A stretch of 64,000 nucleotides of DNA from Phoronis australis (taxonomy: Eukaryota > Animalia > Phoronida): positions 1 to 64,000 of the forward strand of contig NMRA01000340.1 of assembly GCA_002633005.1 (NCBI GenBank). The letters run 5' to 3'. Shown piece after piece: positions 41,751 through 54,000 of this stretch. Made by a program: the position numbers and the translations under genes. Numbering within the stretch: position 1 is the stretch's first letter; each line of letters begins with the position of its first letter. Below the pieces are notes generated by a model. The model searched no databases, had not been told where the DNA came from, and saw only the letters and a program-made list of their open reading frames with translations.

Positions 41751-42312
41751 AGTATTGTGTAACCTGGAGATCTTGAATCCTAAAACAAAGATTGTTTTTA
41801 GTGAAAAAATTTGCTAACACCCGGCCATCTCCCAATAAATGACCTTGGTCAAGAAAATGGAGTTGACCAGATGTGCTCCAAGAATGAGGTTATTTGCCCT
41901 GAATTGGAGTTGAATTAGAGGCGTTAGGAGTGCCCAAATGCTAAACTCTTGTTGAGGCACTCCGGAAAATACTAGCAAGAAAACAGGTTCTACCAAACTT
42001 AATGAAGATCACGAATATCAATGGATTCTTCAGTTGCTTTTGTGCAGAAAGTTGATTGTTTTGATAGCTAGGCCTAAGTGTAAAACATGAAAGGTAATTT
42101 TGGAAAAACAAAGAAATTAGTGGACAGAAAGAAATATCATTTTAATCTTTGTTTTTGCTGAAAATTTTGACAAAATAGAGTGTCACTTGTCCGTCTCACT
42201 GTGGGCTAAAGGCAAAGATTTATGGAACATTTACCCAAAAGTAATGCAATATTAAGATTGATCATGTGAAAATGTTTAATATCGTGTGAGCTGATAACTG
42301 CAATTTTGCACC

Positions 42313-42440
42313 AGGGCCTAGTTGCATAAAAGTTATACGCCTTATAACAATAATGACGTCGCATTATCACGCACCTGACGTCATGCAACAATCAAACTTA
42401 TCTAGCCGATAGCTATTGAAGCTTTATGCAACTCAGCCCA
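42313..42440. mobile_element. Small MITE
   Basis: gggcctagttgcataaaag ... gctttatgcaactcagccc; degenerate relative at about 38588-38710. Confidence 0.6.
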
Positions 42441-43009
42441 GGTCTGATTGATACATGTTAACTTTTGATATTAAGTAATTGTGGGATTATATTATTGATG
42501 ATAATTTTACCAAATGTGTTGTCATTTTTACATTACATAGATTTGTCATTTACATTCACTTGTCTTCTACCCCTGCTAAGGAACAGTCGAGGTCCATATA
42601 CCCGGACCATCCCTAAAGACAGGAGCGGCTGAGCTTGAAATCGCTCAGCGCTAAACATTCATACTGTGTTCACGAACAGAGGCCATCAAGCGTTGCTAGC
42701 AGCGTCATAAATGCAATTATAAACAGATCAGCCTATCAAAGTATGAAACTGCTTTTTGAAAAACTACACGCTTTTAAGAACCAATGATTCCAGATATTTG
42801 TAGAACACAGAAAGTAACGAAAGTTAGTATTTGAATCCTGAAAATCGGTTCACTCTTACTCTGTTTACTCAAGTCAAAAGTTCTGTCACATTCCTTTGTG
42901 TGAGAATCAAGGTATGCGCATGAATATAGACTGTAGATTTTTACTGAAGAAGAGGATGTTGAACTAGTTGTTACATTTCAGATATAAGACACAGAGCTGG
43001 TACAGTGAA

Positions 43010-43645
43010 ATCGCCAAGAAACAGCTCAATCACAAGAAATAAATCTACCTTTCATAACCATGTTCAATCCATGTTTAAACGGAATTAGCCACGTCTTCAG
43101 AAAGCATCTTTCCACTCTGCATATTTCCCCTCAAATGAAAAACCTGTTTCCTGATCCACCTATAATTTGCAGGAGAAAATGTGAAAGCTTAAAAATTTAT
43201 TTAGTTAGAACAAATTTGGACTATAAAAACCAAACTGACAAACCCACTGGCAACACACAATATAACAAATCTGGATGTAAAATGTGTAACTTCAACGATA
43301 ATACTTCCTTCCAGTCTTCTCAAACCAATGAACACTTCCAAATAAAACATTATTCTGAGTGCACCACCAACAATATCATTTACCTAATAACGTAAAAAAT
43401 GTTCTATTCAATATGCAGGACAAACTCAACGTAATCTTCGGTTTAGCAATCGTAAATTTAACATAATACATAAAAAGATTTCTGATACTATAGGTAATCA
43501 TTTCAATTCCAAAAAACATAATCTACAAGTTCTTTCTGTACAAATAATAGAGAAACTCCAATACCCCAGTACCCCTCACAGACTCGAAAGAGAACAATTT
43601 TGGATAAATAAGCTTAACACACTTGAAGGTAATGGATTGAACATA
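43010..43645 (+). mobile_element. Penelope-like retroelement 3' fragment (GIY-YIG endonuclease), degenerate
   Basis: FNPCLNGISHVFRKH...LFPDPPIICRRKCESLKIYLVR...GCKMC...CTTNNIIYLIT*KKCSIQYAGQTQRNLR...IGNHFNS...REQFWINKLNT; stops and frameshifts. Confidence 0.85.
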
Positions 43646-45289
43646 AAGACTTCTTAAAATATATCCTTTATTTTTCTCGAACGAGCCCCCCAATTTGGCG
43701 AATTGGGCAAAAAGGTCCGCCTCAGCGAAACAAAAAGTCCGATTAGAGCAGTCAAAAGTCCATAAAGCCCACAGAAATTCGGCGCAAATGCACAATGTGT
43801 AGGCCTGAACCTAGTGGTCCCGCTTTTTTAGTTTTCGCTGAGTTTTTTTCAGTAAAAGGTACGCATACCGAAAAATTCGAGCCCCCCATAATTTAGGCTG
43901 GGTGCGTGCATTTTCTTCTTGAGCGTTTTCGTGTGCATCATCACCAAATTATATATGATAATAGTTTTTCTCGTTGTCGCTATCATGTTTTACGTCANAG
44001 TACGAAAATTAAGAAGGCTTTAGCATGCCGTTATTATTGACAGGGACACGATAAAACGAATTTGGATTTTGACTATAGTCTTGATACAGCGAGCTGGCTG
44101 ACCACTGCGTCAGTGTCTCCGTTAGACCCAGAAATTTCACACAGCCCGTGTAGTTCACCTCGTCCCCAACATGTAGATCGAGCCTTGGACTATTTTAATA
44201 GTATTAAAATACTCCACGGCAGAGCTAACGACCGTCGGCCTGTGCACACAAAATCTGCACCTTGCATGCTGCAGCCGTTTAAGTAAAAAACAATCTAGTA
44301 AACGCCATTTTCTTGCATAATCCTCCGCCTTTTGTAACAAAAAAGTCTGTCGTCGATGACCCCGCACACGCACGCTCACTCACTCTCATACGCAGACGAA
44401 CTTCAAAACAAACGTCACGTGACAACAACATGTGTGTTCATCCAGAGATTTTTCTCGTGTTGTGGGTACGATGTAGCGCAGATTTGGACTTAATCGCAGT
44501 TAATCTGGACTCCACATGAACTTTAAAAATTGTAAGACATAAGGAAGATTTCAGGTAATTTGTTGAGTAGAAACTATATTTTTATTCAAGAGTTCATTCA
44601 AGTTTTCCTATTGACGATCGTGATTCAGCGATGCATCAGTCGGCGAGTTTTCGCCCTGTGATGAGCACAATTTTTTGAAAAATTATCGTAATTTAACAAC
44701 TGAAGTTCATAGCAATGCACCACAATTTTGTAGAAAGACTGCCATAGGCAAAAATACGTCACAGAGCGTAAATTTGATGAATTTTAGCTTCCGATTTTAC
44801 CCGTTTGGGAAACCGGGTTTCAACTGCCGTAGGCTACAATAAGAATCCCCTCCCCGTGAAATGAATTTTTCTAAGCGTTTATTAGAGCCAACACACTAAA
44901 CAGCTTTCCACCAAGGCTAGGTGATGATACGACATTATTCTTTGTTGCATTAGTAACTGGTGTTAGCTAATTATCATTTTATGGCCTGGTCATCTATTCA
45001 GCCAAAAGTAGTTACAGAGGTGGCTTATCAGCCAATTATTCACGCATGCTGACTGACAATAGAAGCCTGATAAGAGTGAAGGTGGATAAATGCGATGTTC
45101 CTACAGTTTCTTGTGCTAGTGGATGTGTTCACGACATGGACAAACGATGCTTCGGTTATCGGATGCGCTGAGTGGTGTATATGTACCTATACCGAAAACA
45201 ATGTCCGGGTACTATTGATTTAATGCGCATACGAAATTACCAGCATGTTTTACAATTACCAAAACCTAAGTAGTTCTTGCATTTTCATA

Positions 45290-45985
45290 AGGATGCCAAA
45301 CCCGGATTTGGCCTACTGAGAGATTCTAGAAATGACTTTCCCATCCTGTTGTCTGAAACAAAACAATACTCTGTAAACATTGACAACCCTCAAAAAATAG
45401 CTGAAAAATTTGCAAAATCCTTTCAAAATTTGCTAAACGGAAGAGCGAAGAAAGCTTTTTGCGACCTGCACGGCAACTGTGGGAAAAGTCCAAGGACTAT
45501 ATTGTCCAAACTTGGACATGTGGTGTATGAATTTTCAATTGATTCTTTAAAAAGGGTTCTAAACCCTATTTTGATGATTTCAACCAGTCCTCGTTCTCTC
45601 ACTTGCTGATGCATCATTGGCGTCAATCTTGAAAGGTAAAGCAGGAATAAACAAAGAATTCATACCCACTACCTCACAAATTGGACATTATGGTCCTTGG
45701 TGGGTGATGTTTTCCCACAGATGCCGCGTAACTTCCTAAAAGCGTAGGACACGCTTACATCTTTAGCAGAATTTGCAAGGAGTTTTCTAATTTTCCTAAA
45801 AAATTGTAGAGGTTTGTCGAGCCGTTAAAGAGCATTATTTTGTTTTCAGAAAACTGGATGGAAAAGTCATTTTTAGTATCTGTTAATAGGATAAAACCGG
45901 GTTTGGTATACTTTTCACTAGGAAGATTGACGCCAGTGATGCATTAGCAGGTTACAGAACGAGGATTGGTGGAAATCATCACTTG
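45290..45985. repeat. Degenerate inverted-repeat element; related sequence at about 54775-54975
   Basis: About 45290-45510 is inverted to 45680-45910, and 45572-45630 is inverted to 45922-45980. Confidence 0.7.
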
Positions 45986-46034
45986 GTTATCCTTTTAAAA
46001 GAATACGAAGTAAGGATATTGAAGAATTATCACG

Positions 46035-46443
46035 TCACCCGACGGAACCCTGCTCACGGCCCGTCGAAACTAAATATATAGTTAGGAGGTTATCCTGTCC
46101 CTGCCAGTGTTCACAAAGTCAGAGCATCCTATTCAGTTTTCTTAAATTAAAAACCGCCGTTGGTCACCCCAACCCTGACCCGTGCCCCAGATGTCGGTCC
46201 CTGCTTGAGAATGAGTCGTTAGTTAAGTTCAAGAATCACATTTGACAGTGATTGGAACTGAGCTCATTTGTAAACAATGTAATCAATGTTTTTAAGAACT
46301 ATTCAACTCTTGCACACCCTTTAAAAGGTTATTAAATGGACACATATACAATGCTTCATTCACGTCAGTTCCGACTCACAAGCAGACTGTCCCAGTAATG
46401 AACCTTCGGAGTAGTGGAGCTTCGGAATAGTGACACGTAACCT
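46035..46443. repeat. Dispersed repeat, copy 1 (copy 2 at 59390-59883)
   Basis: Shared gcttgagaatgagtcgttagtta...ggaactgagctcatt...cagttccgactca...gaaccttcggagtag...gtgacacgtaacc. Confidence 0.8.
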
Positions 46444-46665
46444 TGAAAATATTTTTCCATCAAGTTTGATGCTCGTATGAAATCTGCGAGGCTGTGCACC
46501 ATTGCCACTGGTTGACAAGGGAACACTTTCTTCTTTATTAGGTCTAGACTTGCTTTTCCCTAATAATGTGAACATGCTCGTTTACTCAGTGCAAGAACAC
46601 GCGGTAGTAAAATTTCTGATTTTTATTTGAGCAACGACGGAAGACTGCCTATATAGTGAACTTAA

Positions 46666-48008
46666 AGGCGAACGCAACCTTTTTTCATGTCACTTTTAGC
46701 GAAAAAAAGGTTCGTTGATTATCCCAGATACATATTTCACTTAATTACAGCTTTTCTTAATTTGATTAATTTCTCGTTATCTACTCCGGAAGTGACGTTT
46801 TGGGAGGCAAGAGTTTCGGGCCAATTTCTTTTCATTATAGTCTGACTGTGAGGGCTGTTGAGTCACTCATTGTTCTACCTCGGATGTGATAAGTTCGGTC
46901 GTCGTTTGCTTTTGTTTACAAGTCAGTCAACATGCCAAGCTGTTGCTGCGTGTCGGAATGTACTCATTATCTTCTCACACGTGCTTTGGGTACCTTGTGT
47001 CGCGTTCCGAAGGATAACACACTTCGCCGTACTTGGCTAGCTCGTTCATGTGAAGAACGCAGCGCTACCCGTCCACGCAACGTACAAAGCAGTGGAGGGT
47101 TACCGAGTGTGTGGCAAGCATTTTCTGCCGTCAGATTAGGACAGAGATACATGTATGTACGCTGAATTGATGAAGGTCCCTGCGAAACAACGCCTGAAGA
47201 AGGGTACCATACCGTCGTGTTGATTCCCGGCAGTGGCCCGTCGCCAACCTCGGGCCGAGAAATGCGTTTTTGAAGCGAGAAGCCTCGCTAGCTGTGGCCA
47301 CTATATACGGTGACTGGAGGCACTTCGTCTACTGTCACCCGTGCCTCCGAACGTACCCCATTGCGTGCAACTCCGGGAACTAGCAGTGATTCGCCCTGTG
47401 CTGTTGTCTCTAGTCCAGAGCCTGAAAGCAGCCCTGCAGCGATGTTCAGTAGTGGGAGTGAATACAGGCCCAGTTCGTCACCCAGTGAAGAGGACAGTTC
47501 GTCATCCAATGAACAGATCGGTGAGCCTAAGTTTGATAAGTTTATTGTGGACTTGTATTGGAGCTATTTTGAACGTGCCAGGTGTGTGGCAAGGGAGTTA
47601 CACGGCGGGATCTAAGCAGTTTGTGTGCTCAGATCACCCTCCAGTGGGAGTGTGTCGCGGGACACTCGGGCAAGTGAAACAGTTCTTCCTCTGTACGTGA
47701 GACGATAATGAGTACACCCCAGTACGCAGCAACAGCGTGGCATGTTGACTGACTCGTAAGCAAAAGCAAACGACGACCGAACTTATCACAACCGAGGTAG
47801 AACAATGACTGACTCGACTGCTCTCACAGTCAGACTATATGATAAGAAATTGGCGCGAAATTCTTGCCTCCCAAAACGTCACTTCCGGAGTAGACGACGA
47901 GTAATTAATTAAATTAAGAAAATCAGTAAATAAGTGAAAAATATGCCTGGGATAATCAACGAATCACATTTTTGCTAAAAATGACATGAAAAAAGGTTGT
48001 CTTCGCCT
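46666..48008 (+). mobile_element. Internally deleted Kolobok-like DNA transposon with ~320-bp TIRs and a THAP/transposase remnant
   Basis: TTAA|AGGCGAA...TTCGCCT|TTAA. Disrupted THAP: MPSCCCVSEC...RVPKDNTLRRTWL...YRVCGKHF...RLKKGTIPS. Downstream KFIVD..LELF*TCQVCG and WECVAGHSGK*NSS motifs. Confidence 0.85.
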
Positions 48009-48158
48009 TTAAGCCTACCGTCTACTAAAATAGCAGACAACAATCATATTTTCTGCTGTTTTGTTTCTTGGTCGATTTCAAGACATTCACGCCACACTAC
48101 TTTTGAGAGCTCTTTCGCTGCTAGTTATAGAAGTTATTTCTAGACTCTCTTGTTACCC

Positions 48159-48391
48159 TATCGTTAGCCAAATGGGTGAACGTTACACCCTTAAATTACG
48201 TGCGTAAGATAATTCTTGTTAGATGCGTAATTAATTGCTTCGTAAAGAAATTATTTGTGGCGTAAAGTAATTACTTACGGCGTAAAGTAATTATTTGCAG
48301 CGTAGAGAAAATAATTACTATACGCCTCTTAGAAGAATTGACTTACGCACATAATTTAGGGGCGTAACGTTCCCCCTTCTGGCCAACGATA
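48159..48391. mobile_element. MITE with ~50-bp TIRs
   Basis: tatcgttagccaaatgggtgaacgttacacccttaaattacgtgcgtaag / cttacgcacataatttaggggcgtaacgttcccccttctggccaacgata. Confidence 0.75.
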
Positions 48392-48914
48392 ACATCGACG
48401 ATAATGGTGTAGCAACCACGCATTAGTCTTAGTTGCCAAAAATTGACTCTGCGATGTTGTTTACTGTAAAGTTTTCTTTTGGAAATTTATTGTATGAGGA
48501 TAGGAGAATAAATTTAACTTGGTTACAGTTTTTGCAACTTTGAACATTTTTTACAATTCAAGATGGCGTCTTCCGCCATCTAGAATTTCGCCTAATTTTC
48601 ACACTCTGAACATGTTACCGTGTAGGATCATGCAATTTATGGTTTCCAATGTTTTTGGGACGGAGAGTGCTTTCTGATATCATTTTATAGATGCAAGGTC
48701 AAAATCAAGGTCAAATGAGAGGTCGAAGGTCACTGAAACAAGGAAAATTCATATCTTTTGCTCGACGAGTGTGTTAAATTTATGGGAATTGCGGAATGAT
48801 CATTTCTGTGATTCCAGTATATCGAGAATAAGGGATAGCTAAATACTGGAATAAGATATCCTCCCAACATAGTTGTACCAGACCTACTCAAGCCGCTCAG
48901 AAACGCCCGTAGCA

Positions 48915-49043
48915 CTGATCACCTCGGACCATTTTTAATCTTTTATTAGTTGAAACAGAGCTGAGGATCTAGGGACTTGACTCAAGCGACCAGCAATGTG
49001 CCCCTTGTGACCCTAAAACACAACCTTGAGTAGAGGAAGGACA
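48915..49043 (-). mobile_element. tRNA-derived SINE fragment
   Basis: Aligns by eye with 34989-35141 (gatcacct...gagctgagga.ctag...accttgagta...gccacactgcctcctc). Confidence 0.65.
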
Positions 49044-49379
49044 CTAAGCCACACTGCCTCCTCATAGTGAATATGGGGGTATGTGTATAGATTACACGTA
49101 ATCCGTGTAGGGTACATATACGTAGACTTGGTTGGGCACTATTATTTATCTAGGGAAAAGTCATAGACTATAAATTCTGGAACTATAAAATAATGTAAAT
49201 TTTACAACTCTGTGGAGCCGCCTGGCTTTTTCCACTGGGGATTGATGACTCACTGGTTCTCTTGAAAATTTCACCCCCCCCCGGTACGTCGGTGTTCATA
49301 GAGAACAGCTTCAAGGCAATGGACCACCAGTCACTGACTGCGATAAGTTCAACTTGACACCTCTGTTTCTATTCAGGGA

Positions 49380-50345
49380 GGGGTTATTGGCGTCTCTGCC
49401 TTGTGACAGCTTGTTCAAACCAAGAACTAATCTCTTTTCAGTATCCTTACGGCTTGTGACCTCTCATGTTGGCGCCACTTGTTAGGCTCAAATCTCTGAA
49501 ATGTTCCATTAAGTCCGAAATACTACCATTCCACTTCTCCATTTTAGTCTTGGTGTCTACTGGCATATTAGACGTCCCATAAATCAAGAGCTCGGAGACG
49601 TTAGTGTTATCACAGGTGATTCTGATGGTGTAGGTACCTTCTTCCACCACTTTCAACATTTACCTATGCAATGCCTGCTTCAGCATGTGTGATTACACAG
49701 TGGCTCTTCTTGACCCACTCGATGATGAATAGAAGGAAATAGATTCATACACATTGAAGGTTGTTTAACATAGCGTTACTTAGAATAGTTTAGCGACAAA
49801 AGAGATGTTTGGGAACGTAGATTAGCATGACTTTGTCTTCCTCAACATTTGCTTATGTTATCGTCTCATGGTCCTTTTTCAAAGCTAATAATTGTTTCAC
49901 AAGCGGGAGGATAGGGGGCTAGTAGAATGCCGAGGCTTTAGCTAAATCTCCTGTAGTTCCGGAAACACTCCAAACAACCTGCAACAAAGGCTGGACAACA
50001 GTAACCACCTCTTGAGCAGAATGTTTTGAGACATAACGCAAAGAGATTTGACCAAAATGGAATTGTCACCCTTCCTCAGACTGTCGTATTTGCTGATCTG
50101 GGCTGTAGGGAGTGGACTCAATAAGTTCATACTGAAAGATATCAGCAATACGTTTACGACTAACAGGCAACTGAACAGCGTCTCAGCGCCATGTCTTTCC
50201 CTTGACAGTACAGGCTTCTTCAGTAACTCCAGCATTTTGACCTTTTCTTAATTGCTTTGTAACATTCACTGCTTACCATCTGAAACTAAAAATCGGGCTT
50301 CTCTGCTCATGCCCAATGACCAGCTCGTTCTGGAATCTACTCGGC
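49380..50345 (-). pseudogene. Degenerate Academ-like transposase fragment (XPG/PIN-like region)
   Basis: Frameshifted IADIFQYELIESTP..SLRKGDNSILVKSL and IRITCDNTNVSELLIY (DTDV-like motif); family assigned from recalled motifs. Confidence 0.55.
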
Positions 50346-51083
50346 GATTGCAGATGTTATGGAGATATGACTGCTGGTCAGTGAGCGGGTGTCTGTGCTT
50401 CTCTACCTAATTCGCAATCTTTCTCTAGTCATTCTCGTCCAGGTCCACTTCTACTTTCTTGCACTTAGTCTCTTTCCTGTCACTCCCCTACGTGACGTTT
50501 ACTACGATATTTTACTCGATCTTCCTAAATTTTCTCAAAATTTCACGATAGGTATATTAATTTGTTACGTACTTATAAAATACCCGGCACAAAAAATAAA
50601 TTTGGATAATGAAGTCCAATGACTTATTTCTGCCATTATTACTGTCCTTGTAGTTAAAAACCCTTGTATCCTATCTTCTTTGAGGTACGCTTGATCGAGA
50701 GAAAATGTATCATATTGCATGCGCGCACCCAAGAGGGGCTCAAGGGCTCGTGGCAGAGTGGGCAAAAAGGTCTGACTCAAAACAACAAAAAGTCCGAGAA
50801 AACGAGACAGAAGTCCACTAAAAAGGCGCGAATGTACAATACATAGCCCTGAACGTTATAGCCCGTTTTTAGTCCCATGTTTTTGTTTGTAAAAGGTCAA
50901 TAATCGAACCCCCATATTTTAGACTGGGTGTGCGCAAGTATTATTGTTATAAAATGAAACAAATGCGTTCATATTTGGAGGAGGCGTGGGTTTCTTCGTA
51001 CTAGTTTTTTCTTTTCGGAGTAGAGGTTTTTCGGAGGAATTTTCTAAAAACTAATACTTCCTATTAGCTCCAGTCTTTTCATC

Positions 51084-54000
51084 CTGTGACCATTTTAGGG
51101 GGCAACTTGATTTTTTCTGCATGGCTAGATTTACCATTAAGCAATTGATACCTGAAAAGTTCCCACGTTTTAAGTGGCACATTTTTTGTAGAAAAACAGG
51201 TTTTTATGAGTCCAAATGTTACATTATTGAACAAGAGATGGCGCTAAATCCAACAAAAGGTTAGCCCAAGATGGCATTTTAGCCAATCACAAGCTCAGAA
51301 ATTAAGTAACTGCAGACCTATTCTACCATGGCGGCTCCTTTATAGATACTGTCAATAAATGCTACATACACTTTCAAGCACTAAATCTATCTGATTTGTT
51401 GAGTTTCTCGAAAGTGACATGGGCAAAGAGCATTGACTGTGTGAAAGAATGACTTTCCCTTGGAGATGAAGACCGTAATGAGCATAATGTATGTTACCAG
51501 CTGGAATTTGCATCAAGTATCTTCAGGGATTGGCGTGGCCGTAGGTTTCAGGCAGTAGTATCACAAATCGTGTTATACAAGCTTACTGGCGTTATAAAGA
51601 TTTAAAGAGCAAAGAGGAAAGTATAAAGTATGCCGAGAATAGAACCCCCTGATTACGACCAAGATGATGGTGAGTGTTAAACTTTTCTTGGGAGTATGAT
51701 AAATTGATGCAAGTCACTGAGTACGTGCTTCAGTAGGAAACAGGTCACTTCATTCCCAAATCAACACGTACTCAAGTCAAATTTCAAAACAATTTCAAAA
51801 CTATGTAACTATGCAGTGATAAAAATCAATCAGTCGTGCCATGCAAAACGACTCAATATTACCTGTTAATTAGTGAATGAAAATCAAAATTTATTAGTAA
51901 TGTTCTTAGCACGGGTATGAGACGATTATGGTGCGAGTTTACTTCCATTAAGTTCTTGTAATAAAGAATTGAGTACATGTTAACATCTATCATTTTGTAG
52001 GACAGGCCTATAATGCTTTACACATTTTTAAACTCTGACAACAGTTTTTATTTTTAATTTGCGTGGTTGTAGGTGGATTGTTTTGGACGCTGCTATGGCA
52101 GGAAATGGCATGGACCTTTTGATCAAAGTCCAGGGAAGAGATCTGGTAGAAGTCGAAGTCAAATACCATCGTTCTTGCTACAAAAGCTTCACAAGACTAC
52201 TTACAAAACAGAAATCTAACGATAGTGCAATTTTCACAGATGTACTTCAAGAGTTTTGCTTTGAAGTCGTGAAGCAACGAATAATCTCGCATGGGGAGAT
52301 ATTGCATTTGACTCTGTTAAAGTCACTCTTCAAGGAAAATTTATCCAAAAGAGGTTGTAGTGTATGTGTCCGAACTAGAAATCTGAAATTGAAATTACAG
52401 AGAATTTACCCTATTCTGCAATTCCTTAGTTCAAAACGGAATCAGAGTGAATTGTTGTTTAACAAACATTTGCTCTTCTGTAAATGCTAGACTAAAGTGC
52501 ACTGAAATGTGCAAGTGCCAAAACTGTGGGAATGTCAAAGTTAGTGATGAAATTGAGTCAGATGATGAGTAACAGTGTGATGGACTTGCATCCCAGCCGG
52601 TTGAACTTGGATAGACATCTCATCAAGAGACAGAAACCAGGCTAGTAACTGTTCCAGTGAGCCTGGTGATTTGTGAAACATTTTTCTATTTTCATATTTA
52701 CATTTCTATTAATGGCTTTTATCTTGTTAATTTGTCGGCATTTTGAACTTCATCCGATTGCATTTGTTGCTATTCTATAATTTTTGTCGTCATTTTTTGA
52801 AAAATTGTATTCTTTGGACTTGTAGCAGTCATTGTTTTTGTATGACAGATTAGTAAATATGTGATAAACTAAAAGTGAGTCATTTACAGTTTGATAATTA
52901 TAGTTTCACCAACAGGAAAAACAGCATAAAACACTATGAATGGTAGTTCCATATTTCAACAACAGAAGACACCCATAATTTCGTATTTCTTCCATAATTC
53001 TCCGTTTTATTGGGGACAAATAAAACAACAAGAATAATAAATGTTTTAAGTTGTATTGGCAATTTCAGGGTCACAGCTCTACAAATAAATATTTCACAGA
53101 AGGAACCAGATGGGTTCCTTAATTACAAGAGATAACACACACATTTCCGATACTCAAAGTGTAATTGAGTATCGGATACTAAGTGGCACAGGTTAGCATA
53201 GTACCAAATGGGTACATAATACCAAATGGGTATTGGCCGATTGCCTACCGACTGGGTCGAGCAAAGCCGCAAATTCAATAACAAGTACCAAGTGGGTACA
53301 AACTGCCAAATGGGCAAATATCATATAAAGTACCAAGTGGGTACACCAAACAGCCAACTGGGCTATACCAACCTGCAAAGCAGGTTCTGGACAAGCTGAG
53401 TGAGCAGACCAGCCGGAGTGATAAAAAGAGATATTGTAAGGAACGTGGTGTTGTGGCTCAGTATGTGCCGAGAGCTGTGACCGGGGTTGAGAGATTCAAT
53501 CTGCAGTAATGGATGCTCAAGTACAGGTCTGGTCGCTAGCCAATGACGTCGGTTCTTCCCTGACGGTAACACGCTCCTGGCTTGAAGAAGGTACCAGCAG
53601 TGGCTGTAAAAACAACAATAACCAACAGCAGATTTTGTTCGGCAAAAGGGATGGAGCGTGGGAAAGGTAGAAAACGGTTGACGTGAAATTTTGTGGTACC
53701 CCGGGTAGGGAGGGTGGGAGAGGTATAAACTTGTCTAATTAGGAAAACTTACGAGTGAATGTACTGTTGCTTGAGTCTGGGCCAACAGGAAGCTGGAGAG
53801 AAAGAACAAACAGCGCAACCATCGGACTTGGTAAAAACTAACCAGGGGTTGGATATGAAGCATAAAGGGCTGTATAACGGTTTTTGCCCAAATAACAGGA
53901 TTTATGTCAGAGTGCCATAAATCTCATTATTGGGGACAAATAAAACAACAAGAATAATAAATATTTTAAGTTATATTGGCAATTTCAGGGTCACAGTTCT

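Noticed and set aside
42605-42655. Hammerhead-like motif upstream of the Penelope fragment (ccctaaagacaggagcggctgagcttgaaatc)
   Set aside because: The catalytic core CUGANGA is not intact and I could not build the stems convincingly
47288-47700. Independent Ser-rich host gene (ORFs at 47310-47615 and nearby)
   Set aside because: Lies between the TIRs of the THAP-bearing element and is the linker of its decayed transposase
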